In this document: piece after piece, positions 10,840 to 22,952 of the stretch
Numbering within the stretch: the first letter of the stretch is position 1
Layout of the letters: each line of letters starts with the position of its first letter
Source of the DNA: Zygnema circumcarinatum SAG 698-1b
Taxonomy: Eukaryota; Plantae; Zygnematophyceae
Assembly (NCBI GenBank): GCA_037447605.1
Contig: CM074816.1
Coordinates: 2,570,525 to 2,634,524, forward strand
Direction of reading: 5' to 3'
Length of the DNA: 64,000 nucleotides
Program-made: the position numbers and the translations under genes
Notes under the pieces: generated by a model
The model's input: the letters and a program-made list of their open reading frames with translations, nothing else
Database searches by the model: none
What the model was told of the DNA's origin: nothing

Positions 10840-11130
10840 AACCCTAAACCCTCAGCCCTAACTCCTCAACCCTGAACCCTGACTCCTCAACCCTAAACCC
10901 TGAAACCTAACTCCCAGCTCCTACACCTTCAACCCTGAACCCTGAAACCCTACGCCCCTGTACGGCGGAGCCCTGACCCGAACCTCTCTCGCCCTTTCCC
11001 CGAATGCGTCTAAACCCTAAACCTCTCCGCCAGGCGCCGACAGCCTCAAGCCGAGGGTTGAGGAGCGCAGAACCCTGAACCCTGAACCCGCCGCCGATCA
11101 GTGATCGTACGGCGCCCTGAACCCTGCACG
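10840..11130 (-). repeat. Telo-box-like (CCCTAAA/CCCTGAA)n tract upstream of the eIF3k start
   Basis: Repeated AAACCCTAAA/AACCCTGAA units. Telo-boxes are established in plant translation-factor promoters; function here is inferred. Confidence 0.6.
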
Positions 11131-11864
11131 CTGGAAGGACGAAATGTCGGTGGCGCGGCTCGGAGGCTTCGGAGCCCTAAACACTGCCTGGACATGTGTA
11201 CGGATACCTTGAACCCTGCATTTACAAGTGTACGGAAACCTTTCCATGCTCGTACAGGTGTACGGAAGCTAGAACAAAATCAAGGTTTCAGGGTTGACAC
11301 TGCGGCTGGGTCTCCAATCTCCATTGACCTCCGTGGTAGCGTAAAGCCAATCAGGGTGTGCCACGTTTACAAGGTCGATGCGTGGCGCGCTGTGGTTGGT
11401 GTAAACTAGGACGATTTACTGTACTTCGAATTGACTTGTTCACACAGTTCACGGTAAAATGATCCTTGTGCACACCGTAGGAAGGACAAAGTGTATTCGC
11501 GGTCGTTGCTCTCTATAAAACCAATGGTGTTCACACTGTGCGAGCGCCCTTTCGTTGTCAATATTGACCACCTGCCTTGTCGCACATGTACAACCCGTGG
11601 CTCCCAAGCCGCGGCCAGACGGCCATTTCGCGTGTCGTCTAGTGCGCTGCTACCGCTGTGCTTCTCGCCCTCCACGGGCACTACTCACACCTCCAAGAGA
11701 TTGTCACGTGTCAATACCCTCTGCCAGGATCCGACGAATCTGGGGCGACAAAATCGTCCTTTTCTAACCGGCAATCTGTACAAACTGCCAGATGAAGCCG
11801 GAGAAGGAGTTTTGGCCGTATCGACGGGTCCAGACAAGGGGTTCACAGATCGGACCATTAGACA

Positions 11865-12600
11865 AACCAGTCGACTGGTTGGCAACCAGTGGTTGCGGAC
11901 CGAAACAACCATTCGACTGGTTTGGAACCAGTGGATGCCACTGGTTGGCAACCAGTCGAATGGTTGGCAACCAGTGCCGCCGGATCGAAACAACCATTCG
12001 ACTGGTTGCGAACCAGTGGCGCAGGACTGAAACAACCATTCGACTGGTTCGGAACCAGTGATCCAATGGTTGGCAACCATTGAATTTCTGAAATTATGCC
12101 TTTTTGCAAAAATGGGTCGTTTGTGTTTTTTGGTTGGTTGCCAACCGTTGACAACTAGTGTAACAAGCCTGATGCGTACATATGCGTACGGATCCGTACA
12201 ACCAAATCGTACGGTTGTACGGGGATTATGTACGGCCGAACCGTAATAGTTTTCTCCGAAACGCCGACGGCATTTTGGTAACTGTAGCGTTCAATTCGCT
12301 ACAACTAGTGATTTAATGGTTGCCAACCATTTGATTGAATGGATATAACCATTCGACTGGTTGCCAACCAGTGCCGCCAGATCGAAACAACCATTCGACT
12401 GGTTGCCAACCAGTGGCATCCACTGGTTCCAAACCAGTCGACTGGTTGCCAACCAGTGGTTGCGGACCGAAACAACCATTCGACTGGTTGCCAACCAGTG
12501 GCATCCACTGGTTGGCAACCAGTCGACTGATTGCCAACCAGTAGACGTCCAACCATTGCCATCCAATGGTTGTCCAATGGTTGCCGATCCACTGGTCCGA
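11865..12600. repeat. Two arrays of short palindromes TGGTT-N3-AACCA with a conserved GAAACAACCATTCGAC linker
   Basis: About 7 copies in 11865-12085 and about 8 in 12317-12545, separated by a ~230 bp spacer. Confidence 0.85.
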
Positions 12601-14132
12601 ACTGTGAAGGGGTTTGGCCAGACGGCCGGCATGTTGGGTCGACCGAGCCGCAGCAACAACAAAAGTTTGCCTAGGAATCGCCAACTTGGGGTTTCATGAC
12701 CTATAGTTTGCTTCTCGTTGCAGACCCAGCCCGATTCAGGCTCTTTCAAGAAAATTTTGCGATCCTTCTAAGACGGAGAAGGCGGAGGTGGGACTTAAAA
12801 AAAATGTATTGTGTCAGGAAACTGCTGATTACACACCTTTCCTGCCTAGATACACACCTTTTTTCGCCGGTCAAATTATTCATTGGGCTTTGACTGGTAT
12901 TGGGGTTGAAAAAGGTGTGTATAGAGCAAAAAAAGGTGTGAAAATATCATTTTCCTAGTTTTAACCAATTTTTTAGTGCGAATTAAAACGGAGAAACCTT
13001 GGCCCCATGAAACCAAGCCCTTGTTGTTGTTCTTGCCCTCGGCGGCCCTTCGCGACCCTTTTCGGTCGACCGCTGTCGTCCGCGCGGACATGCCGGCCAC
13101 ACGGGTCGACAGTACAGGACAAAAGTCTTCGTACGGCTGCCAGCTAGTCCAACTTACGAACTTCTGCCTGGTAGTGGCGTGGCTGCCTAATTTTAAGACG
13201 TGTCAGAAAATGGAGACGCCACGTGGACATACCTGCGCACAAACTTGTCGTATTTGCGTTGAGAGCAGATCTTCGAGCTTGATTCGTCAGCGATTCGTAC
13301 AGACATTCTTGATCACAGATAAATACGACAAAATACCCCCGCCTCCTCATTGGTCCAGCCGAGCCCGAAACCGACAAATATTTCGTCCGTACAGTTCCTT
13401 GTGCTTGCGCTTTTTGCATGTGCCCATAAAAGCCTCCCCCAGATGCCACTTCTGGGTCCGTACATCCCAAGCTAATACGACAATTCCACCGACACGCTCT
13501 CGCACGGCGAATCCACGGCCCTCCAAATCGCGGCTGTTCCAATCCGACAAACTTTTCGCGGCCTTCCGCCGCCCGGGACTGCGGTCCTCCCTCATGCTCA
13601 CTCGCTCCATCGCTCTCCCTTCTTCTCCCTCACTTCTCCCCCTCGCCCTCTCTCTCCCCCCTCCCTCCCACTCTCTCTCCCCTCATATTCCTCTCTCCCT
13701 CTCTCCCTATCTCTTTCCCCCCTCTCTCTTTCTCTCTCCACTTCTCCCTCCCTCTCTCTCTCGCCCCCTCCCCCCCTCTCTCTCTACCCCCTCCCTCCCT
13801 CTCTGCCCCCTCGTCCCCTCTCTCTCTCCCCCCTCCCTCCCTCTCTGACCCCTCTCCCCCACTTTCTCTCCCCCCTCCCTCCCTTTCTGCCCCCTCGCCC
13901 ACTCTCTCTCTCCCCCCTCCCTCCCTCTCTGCCCACTCACCCCACTCTTTCTCTCCCCCTCCCTCCGTCTCTGCCCCTTCTCCCCCTCTCTCTCTTCCCC
14001 CTCCCTCCCGCTCTGCCCCCTCTCCCCCTCTCTCTCCCCCCTCCCTCCCTCTCTGCCCCGTCACCCCACTCTTTCTCTCCCGCCCTCCCTCTCTCCCTCT
14101 CTCACCCTGCCTCCCTGCCAGCGCGCGCAGCA

Positions 14133-15123
14133 ATGCCGGGCAAGCCAACCCTAGCGCGCCACGTGGCGCCGCTGAGTGCGCAGCTGACGATGCTGAAGGG
14201 CTGGCTGCCAATGTGGGCGCGCTACGTGGCGCTGAACGCGCTGGTCATGCTCCTGCACATGCTCACGGGTGCGGCCTCCCCCGCAGGATTCAGGGTTCAG
14301 ATTTTAGGGTTCAGGGGACTGGGCGGCGTGGAATTCAGGTTCATTAAATCTGGATTTAGGGTTCAATATTTTAGGGTTATGGATGCAGGATCCAAGGTCT
14401 GGAGTTAGGTGTTCGGGGTTCAAGATTAAGTTGTGGGATTTTAGGGTTCAATACTGGGATAATTTAGAGTTTAGGGTTTCAGGGTTAAGGGTTCAGGGCT
14501 CCGTACGTCCCTTCCAATTGCCACTTCTAGCCCTCCTGTCCCCTCCTCACTCTCTCTCGTCTCTGTGCCCACTCCCTCATTTCTCTTACATTCCTCTACC
14601 TTTTTCCCTCCCTCCGTCCGTCCCTCCCTCCCTCCCTCCCCCCCTTCCCTCCCTCCCCCCCTCCCCCCCTCCCTCCCTCCCTCCCGCCCACTCCCCCCCT
14701 CACCCTCCTTCCCTTTCCCTCCCTCCCTCCCTCCCTCCGCTACCCCTCTCCTCCCTCTCCCTCCCCTCCCTCCTCCCCCCCCTCCCTCCCCCCCTCCCTC
14801 CCCTTCCCCCCCCTCCCCTCACTCCCCTCCCTCCCCCTCTCCCTCCTCCCTCCCCTCTCTTCCCCTCCTCCCTCCAGGCCTCGCGGGCCTGGCCCTGAAC
14901 GCGTTCGAGACCCCCTCCGTGGTGTGGCCCCCCTCCGGCGTGGGCTTCGCGGCGGTCCTCCTGGGCGGGCCCGCGCTCCTCCCGGGCGTGTTCCTGGGCG
15001 CGGCCGCCACCAACTGCGCGCACTTCGGCGCCAAGTACGGCCGCGACCGCCTCCCCGCGCGCGACGCGGCGCTGCTCTCGCTCCTCCTCGCGCTCGGGAA
15101 CGCGCTCGAGGTGGGGCCCACCG

Positions 15124-15200
<77 letters not shown>

Positions 15201-18200
15201 GACCCCTGAGCTTCGCCCTCCCATGGGGGGGCCTGTCGGGGGGGCCATGTCCATGGGTGTCGTATTGAATCGAGGAGTTTGAAAGCTTACAAAATAAAAA
15301 AAGCCTCAATGTGATGTGGATTGCCACGTGGCAACAGATGGTTGGTACCCTGATCTTGCGTAAAATGTCAAAAGCGAGTGCTTTCGGCAGCTTATCAATG
15401 CGTAAGAGGCATTCTTTTTTTTTGTACTGTTGGCGAACCCTAAAGTTGGGACGCCTCCCTGTTTCGTTGTATTGGTGCAGCCCGCTCTCGGTTACATTCT
15501 TCTTAAATGGGTTGGAAACGACCGGCTGCCCTGCTGGTGACTGCCGCTTCCTTCCTCTCTCTCTCTCTCTCTCTCGCTCTCTCTCTCTCTTTCACTCTCT
15601 TTCTCTCCCACCCCGCTCTCTCTCTCTATCTCCCTCTATATCTCTTCCCTTTCCCCCCTTTTCTTACCAAACGTCAAAACGAAAAACTACACTAAAATCA
15701 ACGAACCAAGCCTGAGTCAAAAGCTCGAACCAGAAGTGAACACCAAAAACCAAACCCAAACCAACTACTGAAACTGAAACGAGAACTGAAACTGAAACTG
15801 AAGCCTGCCATGGAACGCAGGGGCCTGGACAGCCTCCAGGGCGCTGCCCACTTCTTTGGCATCGCAGCTGTCACGTCTACGGTTTCTGCCCTCATAGGTG
15901 TTCCCTCCGCTGCCTATGTCGCTGCGATCGTTCCAAAATCCGACATGGGAAGTGTGAGTACTCTCTCTTCAACTTTTACCCCTATTTGGGTGATAAGATT
16001 TGAACCCTTAGTAGCAGTAGTTTGACAATAGTTTTAGCTCGTGAGTATCGATAGGACGAAAGGGAATAAACTCTGGATGAGGATTATGACTGAGGGAAGG
16101 GAGAAGGAGTAGAGAGAGAGAAGGGGAGGGGAAGAAAGGAAGGGTGTACGTGATGGGGTGGGGAAGATGTACCAGGAGGAGGGGTACGTACCCCCTCCTC
16201 GCCTACTCCCCCTCCTTCACCCTCCCCTAACCTTGCCCTCCTTCCCTCCCTCCCTCACGACTCCCCCCTTACCTCCCCCCTTCCCTTCATTTCCCCTTCC
16301 TCCCTCCCCCCCACTCTCTCCCTCCCCCCCTCTCTCCCTCCCTCCCCCTCTCTCCTCCCCATCCTTCCCCTCCCTCCCGCCCCTCCCTCCCTCTCTCCCC
16401 TCCCTCTCTCCCTCCCTCCCTCCCTTCCTCTCTCCCTCCCTTCCCCCACTGTCCTCCCCATCCTTCCCCCCCTNNNNNNNNNNTCCCCCGTCCCACTCTC
16501 TCCCTCCCTCCCTCCCTCCCTCCCTCCCTCTCTCCCTCCCCCTTTCCCTGCCCGTGCGTGCAGCGTCAGCCCTACTGGCTCCTCCCCGGGCTGACCTGGG
16601 CCGCCTTCCGGTTCGACGCCCGCGCGCACTCCCTTGCGGTGCTCCTATTGGCGGCGGTCGCGCAGTACGGCTCCGCGTTCTGGAGGACGGGCTGCTTCGC
16701 CTCCATGTCGCGGTTCCACTCGCTGCTGCAAGTGCAGGTCGACCTTCCGGTCTAGGGAAATTCAAAGTAAACAATGGGAAGAAGTTGTAGGAAGGAGAAG
16801 TGAAGATGGTCCGTTTTGTTTGTTTCGTTCCATGTCGCTGCTTTCCATTTGGTTTCATATCGCTCTCATTCTTTGGCGATTCATTTCACTTCTGAAACTT
16901 GGGTTTCAATCGAACAGGTTTTTTTCAGGCATTGAACGCCTTACAGGCCCAAGTCTATTCAGATTCTTCCGATATTCAATCATTTTTTAGAGCATTAGAT
17001 GCAGACCACTGTATAGACCCATGTAGGCATTCAAACACCAGACCTTTCCAGACCTTTCTTTCTTGCTTTCCAGAACTTTGCGTATGCGGAATTTGCAGAT
17101 TTTTGTGTCGATTTTGGCGGCTATGAGCGTGTTCACTTCCGCCGCTGTCGGGGAGAAGGACCGCCTCGCGGATGAGCTCCGGCGGGCCAATAGGGAGCTG
17201 CAAAAGTCAAAAGCAGAGGCTGAGGCTGCAAACCAAGCCAAATCCGCATTTCTGGCGAACATGAGCCATGAAATCAGGTGCGCAGAACACATGTATTTCT
17301 TCACCAACAAAGAAGAAAAAAAAACAAAAAGGAAAAAGGGGGGAAAGGGGAAAGTTCATAGGGCCGAGAAAGGCCAAAAGTCAAAGGAATTAAAAACGGC
17401 ATAGGAGTTGGAAAAAGTGGTCGATCTTTAGAACTCTAAAAGTCAATTTTTTAGGGTTTCCTCCTCCTCCTCCCCCCCCCCCCCCCCCNNNNNNNNNNCC
17501 CCCCCCCCCCCCCCCTCCCCTTATTCCCCCCCCTTTGTCGTTTTCCCCCTTGGTGTTTTTGGCAGGACCCCGATCCACGGCATCCTGGGATCCGCCTCGC
17601 TGGCGCTGGACACGTGTCTCTCCGCGGAGCAGCGCGAGCTGGTGCAGACCATCCAGCACTCCGCCACGTGTCTCGGCGGCGTCATCGACGACATCCTCGA
17701 CATCTCCAAGATCGAGGCGGGCCGCCTCAGCCTCAGCTGCGTGCCCTTCAGGTGCCAATCGCACCGCGCCACCTGGCACGAAAACTGTTTCGTCCAATGG
17801 CTGCGTGCCACCTGGCATAGGAAATTTTGTGAAGATGGCAGGATTGTTTCCTTCGATCGAACTTTTGCAGCTCTTTTGCCTTCGGCTCTCCCTACTCGGC
17901 TCGGGCGAGCTCTACATCCAAACCCTAATTTTTCGAAGTTGCTAAACGTCCCAAAGCATGCCTTCAATCTCTTAGAATGAAACGTTCAGATTCCGGCTTG
18001 AGAAATAAGACGCGGAAAACCCTAGAAACCCTAAAATCACGAAAAGCCCTTTATTTTTCCCACACCGCATCTTACCCCCTTCTCAAACCCTAAACCCTAA
18101 CCCCTGCTCAAACCGTCCTCCTTCACTTTCTCTCCCTCTCCCCCCCCCCCCCTTTCCATGCTCCCCGCTGTTCCGTGCGCAGTTTGGCGGAGACGGTGGA

Positions 18201-21200
18201 GACGACGGTGCGCGCCCTGCAGGCCCGCGCGGCTCTGAAGGGCTTACGTGTCAGCTGGCGATTGGCCCCCGCGCTGGCGCCCTTCCCCCGCCTGCAGGGG
18301 GACCCCGGGCGGCTGCGCCAGTGCCTGCTCAACCTCATCAGGTAGGGGGGGTAGGGGGGGTAGGGGGGGTAGGGGGGTAGGGGAATAGGGGCATAGGGGA
18401 ATAGGGGCATAGGGGAATAGGGGCATAGGGGGGTACGGAGGTAGGGGTAGGGGGTAGGATTAAGGATTTAGGATTAAGGGTTAGGGATTATGGTTTAGGG
18501 TTTCGAGTTGAAGGGTTAGGTTCAGACTTTAGGGGTCAGGGGTTAATGTTAGGGGTTATGAGTTAGGGTTTAGGGTTTACCCTTCTTTCCCTCATCTGTC
18601 CTTTCTTCCAGTCCCCCTCCCTCCCCCCTCCCCCTTCCCCCGTTCCCCCCCCCCCTCTCTTTCGCTCTCCCTCTCTCTCTCTACCCTCCGCCCTCCCTCT
18701 CCTCTCCGCCTTTTCTCTCTCCATGCCCTCCCTACCTCTCCTTCCCTCCCACCCTTCTGATTTCCGTGTACCTCGTTTCCCCTGTTGCAGCAACTCTATT
18801 AAGTTTACATCCACGGGCGAGATTTCCGTTTTAGTTGAACTACATGAAGACAACGGAACAACTGAAAACCTGCCACATGGAACCTCCGCATCTACGACTG
18901 TCACGCGGAGAAAACCTCCCAAAAAAGAGCACTCCGATCCTCCCACCCCTTTTGAGGGCAGCCCAAACTTTTCTCGGGCAGAAACTGAAAATGAAAGGAC
19001 ACATTTTTCTTTCTCTAATTCGCTGCTTGAAACAGCGAATGGCGAGCCGCCACCTCAGCAAGTGAGTTCAAATTTTGTAGAAACGTTGCGCTGAGATTCC
19101 CTTTCCTTTTAGTAAGCCGAATGATGCTACATGCTTTTCATTTCCGTTGAACTGTAACTGGTTACACATGTGCAGCGGAAAACTCGAAACTCAAGCGCCT
19201 CCTGTTCAGATAGCGCCCTCGGAGCCGTCTCACATGGAACGCCGAGCAGTTCAACGGAAAACGGAGAGGTAGTTCTACGGTGGTCCGTTTCCGACACGGG
19301 CATTGGCATAGCAACGGAGCAGCAAGAGCGCATCTTTCAGGCCTTCACGCAGGCGGACTCCTCCACTTCACGAGTCTATGGGGGGACGGGGTAGGCCGTG
19401 CTATCTCACTTCCTTGCATTCTGGATGTCTATGTCAGAGAGAGGGAAAGGGAAGGAGAGGGAGGGAGAAGGAGGGAGAGGGAGAGAGAGGGAGAGGGAGA
19501 GGAATGGGGAGGCGGGAGGGGAAGANNNNNNNNNNGGGGGGGGTAGGGGGTAGGGGGGTAGGGGAATAGGGGCATAGGGGAATAGGGGCATAGGGGAATA
19601 GGGGCATAGGGGGGTACGGAGGTAGGGGTAGGGGGTAGGATTAAGGATTTAGGATTAAGGGTTAGGGATTATGGTTTAGGGTTTCGAGTTGAAGGGTTAG
19701 GTTCAGACTTTAGGGGTCAGGGGTTAATGTTAGGGGTTATGAGTTAGGGTTTAGGGTTTACCCTTCTTTCCCTCATCTGTCCTTTCTTCCAGTCCCCCTC
19801 CCTCCCCCCTCCCCCTTCCCCCGTTCCCCCCCCCCCCCCCCCTCTCTTTCGCTCTCCCTCTCTCTCTCTACCCTCCGCCCTCCCTCTCCTCTCCGCCTTT
19901 TCTCTCTCCATGCCCTCCCTACCTCTCCTTCCCTCCCACCCTTCTGATTTCCGTGTACCTCGTTTCCCCTGTTGCAGCAACTCTATTAAGTTTACATCCA
20001 CGGGCGAGATTTCCGTTTTAGTTGAACTACATGAAGACAACGGAACAACTGAAAACCTGCCACATGGAACCTCCGCATCTACGACTGTCACGCGGAGAAA
20101 ACCTCCCAAAAAAGAGCACTCCGATCCTCCCACCCCTTTTGAGGGCAGCCCAAACTTTTCTCGGGCAGAAACTGAAAATGAAAGGACACATTTTTCTTTC
20201 TCTAATTCGCTGCTTGAAACAGCGAATGGCGAGCCGCCACCTCAGCAAGTGAGTTCAAATTTTGTAGAAACGTTGCGCTGAGATTCCCTTTCCTTTTAGT
20301 AAGCCGAATGATGCTACATGCTTTTCATTTCCGTTGAACTGTAACTGGTTACACATGTGCAGCGGAAAACTCGAAACTCAAGCGCCTCCTGTTCAGATAG
20401 CGCCCTCGGAGCCGTCTCACATGGAACGCCGAGCAGTTCAACGGAAAACGGAGAGGTAGTTCTACGGTGGTCCGTTTCCGACACGGGCATTGGCATAGCA
20501 ACGGAGCAGCAAGAGCGCATCTTTCAGGCCTTCACGCAGGCGGACTCCTCCACTTCACGAGTCTATGGGGGGACGGGGTAGGCCGTGCTATCTCACTTCC
20601 TTGCATTCTGGATGTCTATGTCAGAGAGAGGGAAAGGGAAGGAGAGGGAGGGAGAAGGAGGGAGAGGGAGAGAGAGGGAGAGGGAGAGGAATGGGGAGGC
20701 GGGAGGGGAAGANNNNNNNNNNAGAGAGGGAGAGAGGGAGAGAGGGAGAGAGGGAGAGAGGGAGAGGGAGAGGGAGGGAGAAGGAGAGGGAGAGGAATGG
20801 GGTGGGGGAAGGGGAAGGGGGACGGGGGAGGTGGTAGGGGGAGGGAGGAGGGGGGAGGGGAGAAGTGGGGGAAGAGTGGAAGAGGGTGAGGGAGAGCGGG
20901 AGAGAGAGAGGGAGGGAGTGGGAGAGGGAGAGGAATGGAGAGGGGGGAGGGGAAGAAGGACGGGGGATGGAGGAGGGGGGAGAGAGTGGGGAGAGGGAGA
21001 AAGGAACGTTATCATGAATGTTTTGTGACTTTAATCAGAATTTAAAAGAGGAAAGAAAGTAGTTGATTTAAACCGACTCAAATTCAACTTCCTAGCTGAC
21101 TGTTATTCGGTAACTTTTTTCAAAATGAACAGGTTGGGGCTCTCTATTGTCTCCCAACTTGTGAGTATGATGGGAGGCTCGATTTGGGTGAATAGTAGAG

Positions 21201-22952
21201 AGGGAGAGGGGAGTACTTTTTGCTTCACAACGAAGCTAAGTGTAGTAAAAACGGAGTTGAACGACATAGAAACGGAGTCGGAGGACAGTGTAACGAGCTC
21301 GAGCTCGTTTCCGTTTAACGGAAGCAGAACGGAAGGCATGGAGTGGGAGAAGGACGAGGAGGAAGAAGTGGACGAGGAAGAGAGGAGAAAGGAATCGTCT
21401 CTCCCATCGTTTAGCAGATGTAGGTCTGGTAGAAGTAGCTGTAACGGAGAACGGAGTTCTATGGAGAAGGTGAAGGACTTCATTCCGTTGAAACCACCTG
21501 CCGTTACTCCGAAAAAGAAGCTGCGAATTCTTCTCGCGGAGGACAATGTGGTTAACCAACGAGTGGCTTGCAAGTAAGTGCCCCAAATTTTAGGGTTTTA
21601 GGGTTCATCAGCTCTAGGGGCACTACTCAAGAATGGTGAAGGAATGAAAGTTCTGGGCACATCAGTTCCAAAATGTGTTAAAATTTCACAGCATCCCAAA
21701 AAAAAGTGGGGACAATTTCAAATATTAAACGATGTTTGTTCCTTTTTAGGTGGAAAGTATTTTTTGATTGTTTGTTGGTGTATCTTCTACCATTATTTTT
21801 TAAATTCCCTATAAACAACGACATCCCTCCTTTCCCTCCTCTCCCTCATCTCTCTGTTTCTCACTCTCTGTCCCTTCCTTTCTCTCCCTCTCTCTGCCTC
21901 TCTACCTTTCTCTCTCGCCCTCTCCCTCTCCCTCTCCCTCTCCCTCTCCCTCTCCCTCTCCCTCTCCCTNNNNNNNNNNGCGAGGGGGGAGGGGGAGGGC
22001 GAGGGGGGGAGGGAGGGAGTGGGGGGGAGGGGGAGGGAGTTGGGGGGAGGGCGAGGGAGAGGGGGGGAGGGGGAGGGAGAGGGGTTGAGAGAGGGGGAGA
22101 TTGGGGGTGGGCGAGGGAGAGGGGTGAAGGAGAGGGAGGAGAGGGAGGAGAGGGAGGTGGAGAGTGGGGGTGTAAGAGGAGGGGCAAGCGTGAGGGAAAG
22201 AGGGGGAGAGGAGAGGAGGAAGATGGAGAAAGATGGAGAAAGAGGAAGACAGAGATAGAGGGAGGGGTGAAGGGAGAGAATGAGGGAGAGGGAGACAACG
22301 TCACCTGACGACACCCACTTCCTAAATCACCTTTTGAAACATCATTATGTGGAACATCACACTTGTTGTTTATCACGTTTGGATCATCACTTTGTTAACA
22401 TCCCGGTGCAGATGCCCGTCCTGGACGGCATGGAGGCCACTCTCCGCATCCGCGAGAGAGAGGCGCGGGAGGGAGGGAGGGAGAGGCTCTGCATCATCGG
22501 TCTCACTGCGCACGCTTTTGAAGGGTATCGCGAAAAATGCATAGATGTGAGTCCCCCCCCCTCCCCCTAATTTGCTACACTTCAACTAACCTCAGTTATC
22601 TTCCTTCTTCTCTCATTCTACGGATCAAGGGTTTCTAGGGTTTTTAGGGAAAGAGCGAAGAATTTGCTTGGAAGTTTCCCAGAACCTTACCGGTGTCGTC
22701 CGCAGTTTGAGCTTTCTCCACCCCCTCCTTTCGGTCTTCCCTCGGTAACTGTGTTTTTTTTGTTTTCTTTTGTTTATTTGTTTATTTGTTTCTTTCTATG
22801 TTCGGCACACGATGCAGGTGGGCATGGACAGCTACCTGAGCAAACCCTTCTGCATAGGCGACCTCCTCGCCACCATGGACTCCACTCTCCAACAACTCGC
22901 GGAACGCTCCCACAAACTGCAAAACTCCCTCAAGGTGGAGGCGGCGGGTTAA
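14133..22952 (+). CDS. Hybrid sensor histidine kinase: MASE1 - HisKA - HATPase_c - receiver (multi-exon)
   Basis: Exons 14133-14268, 14878-15110 ([26 protein letters not shown]1), 15481-~15510, ~15711/15804-15953, 16564-16737 (TWAAFRF), 17099-17277 ([14 protein letters not shown]), 17566-17751 ([17 protein letters not shown]), 18183-18341 ([14 protein letters not shown]), 18791-19061 (SNSIKFT), 19176-19390 ([17 protein letters not shown]), 21133-21573 ([16 protein letters not shown]), 22412-22546 (MPVLDG..LTAHA), 22818-22952 ([10 protein letters not shown]). Phases check out where exons are adjacent. The receiver Asp exon and part of MASE1 fall in gaps. Confidence 0.92.
15126..15200 (+). repeat. 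(ATGGGC)12 perfect hexamer repeat just inside intron 2 of the kinase
   Basis: 12 perfect units plus ATG, 15 nt after the GT donor at 15111. Confidence 0.95.
18349..20712. repeat. Near-exact 1187 bp tandem duplication across an N gap (two kinase exons repeated); probable assembly artefact
   Basis: 18349-19525 matches 19536-20712; the ORF track repeats identically with offset 1187. Confidence 0.85.

Noticed and set aside
11865-12600. CRISPR array
   Set aside because: Variable segments are only 8-10 nt and recur, unit spacing is irregular, there are no cas genes, and the context is eukaryotic.
12976-13848. 290 aa ORF upstream of the kinase
   Set aside because: No recognisable motifs, atypical composition, and it ends in a CT microsatellite; probably promoter or intergenic sequence.
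18349-20712. Real tandem exon duplication in the histidine kinase
   Set aside because: The copies are identical apart from a homopolymer length and abut a 10-N gap; a doubled G1/F segment would break the domain. Typical unmerged contig overlap.
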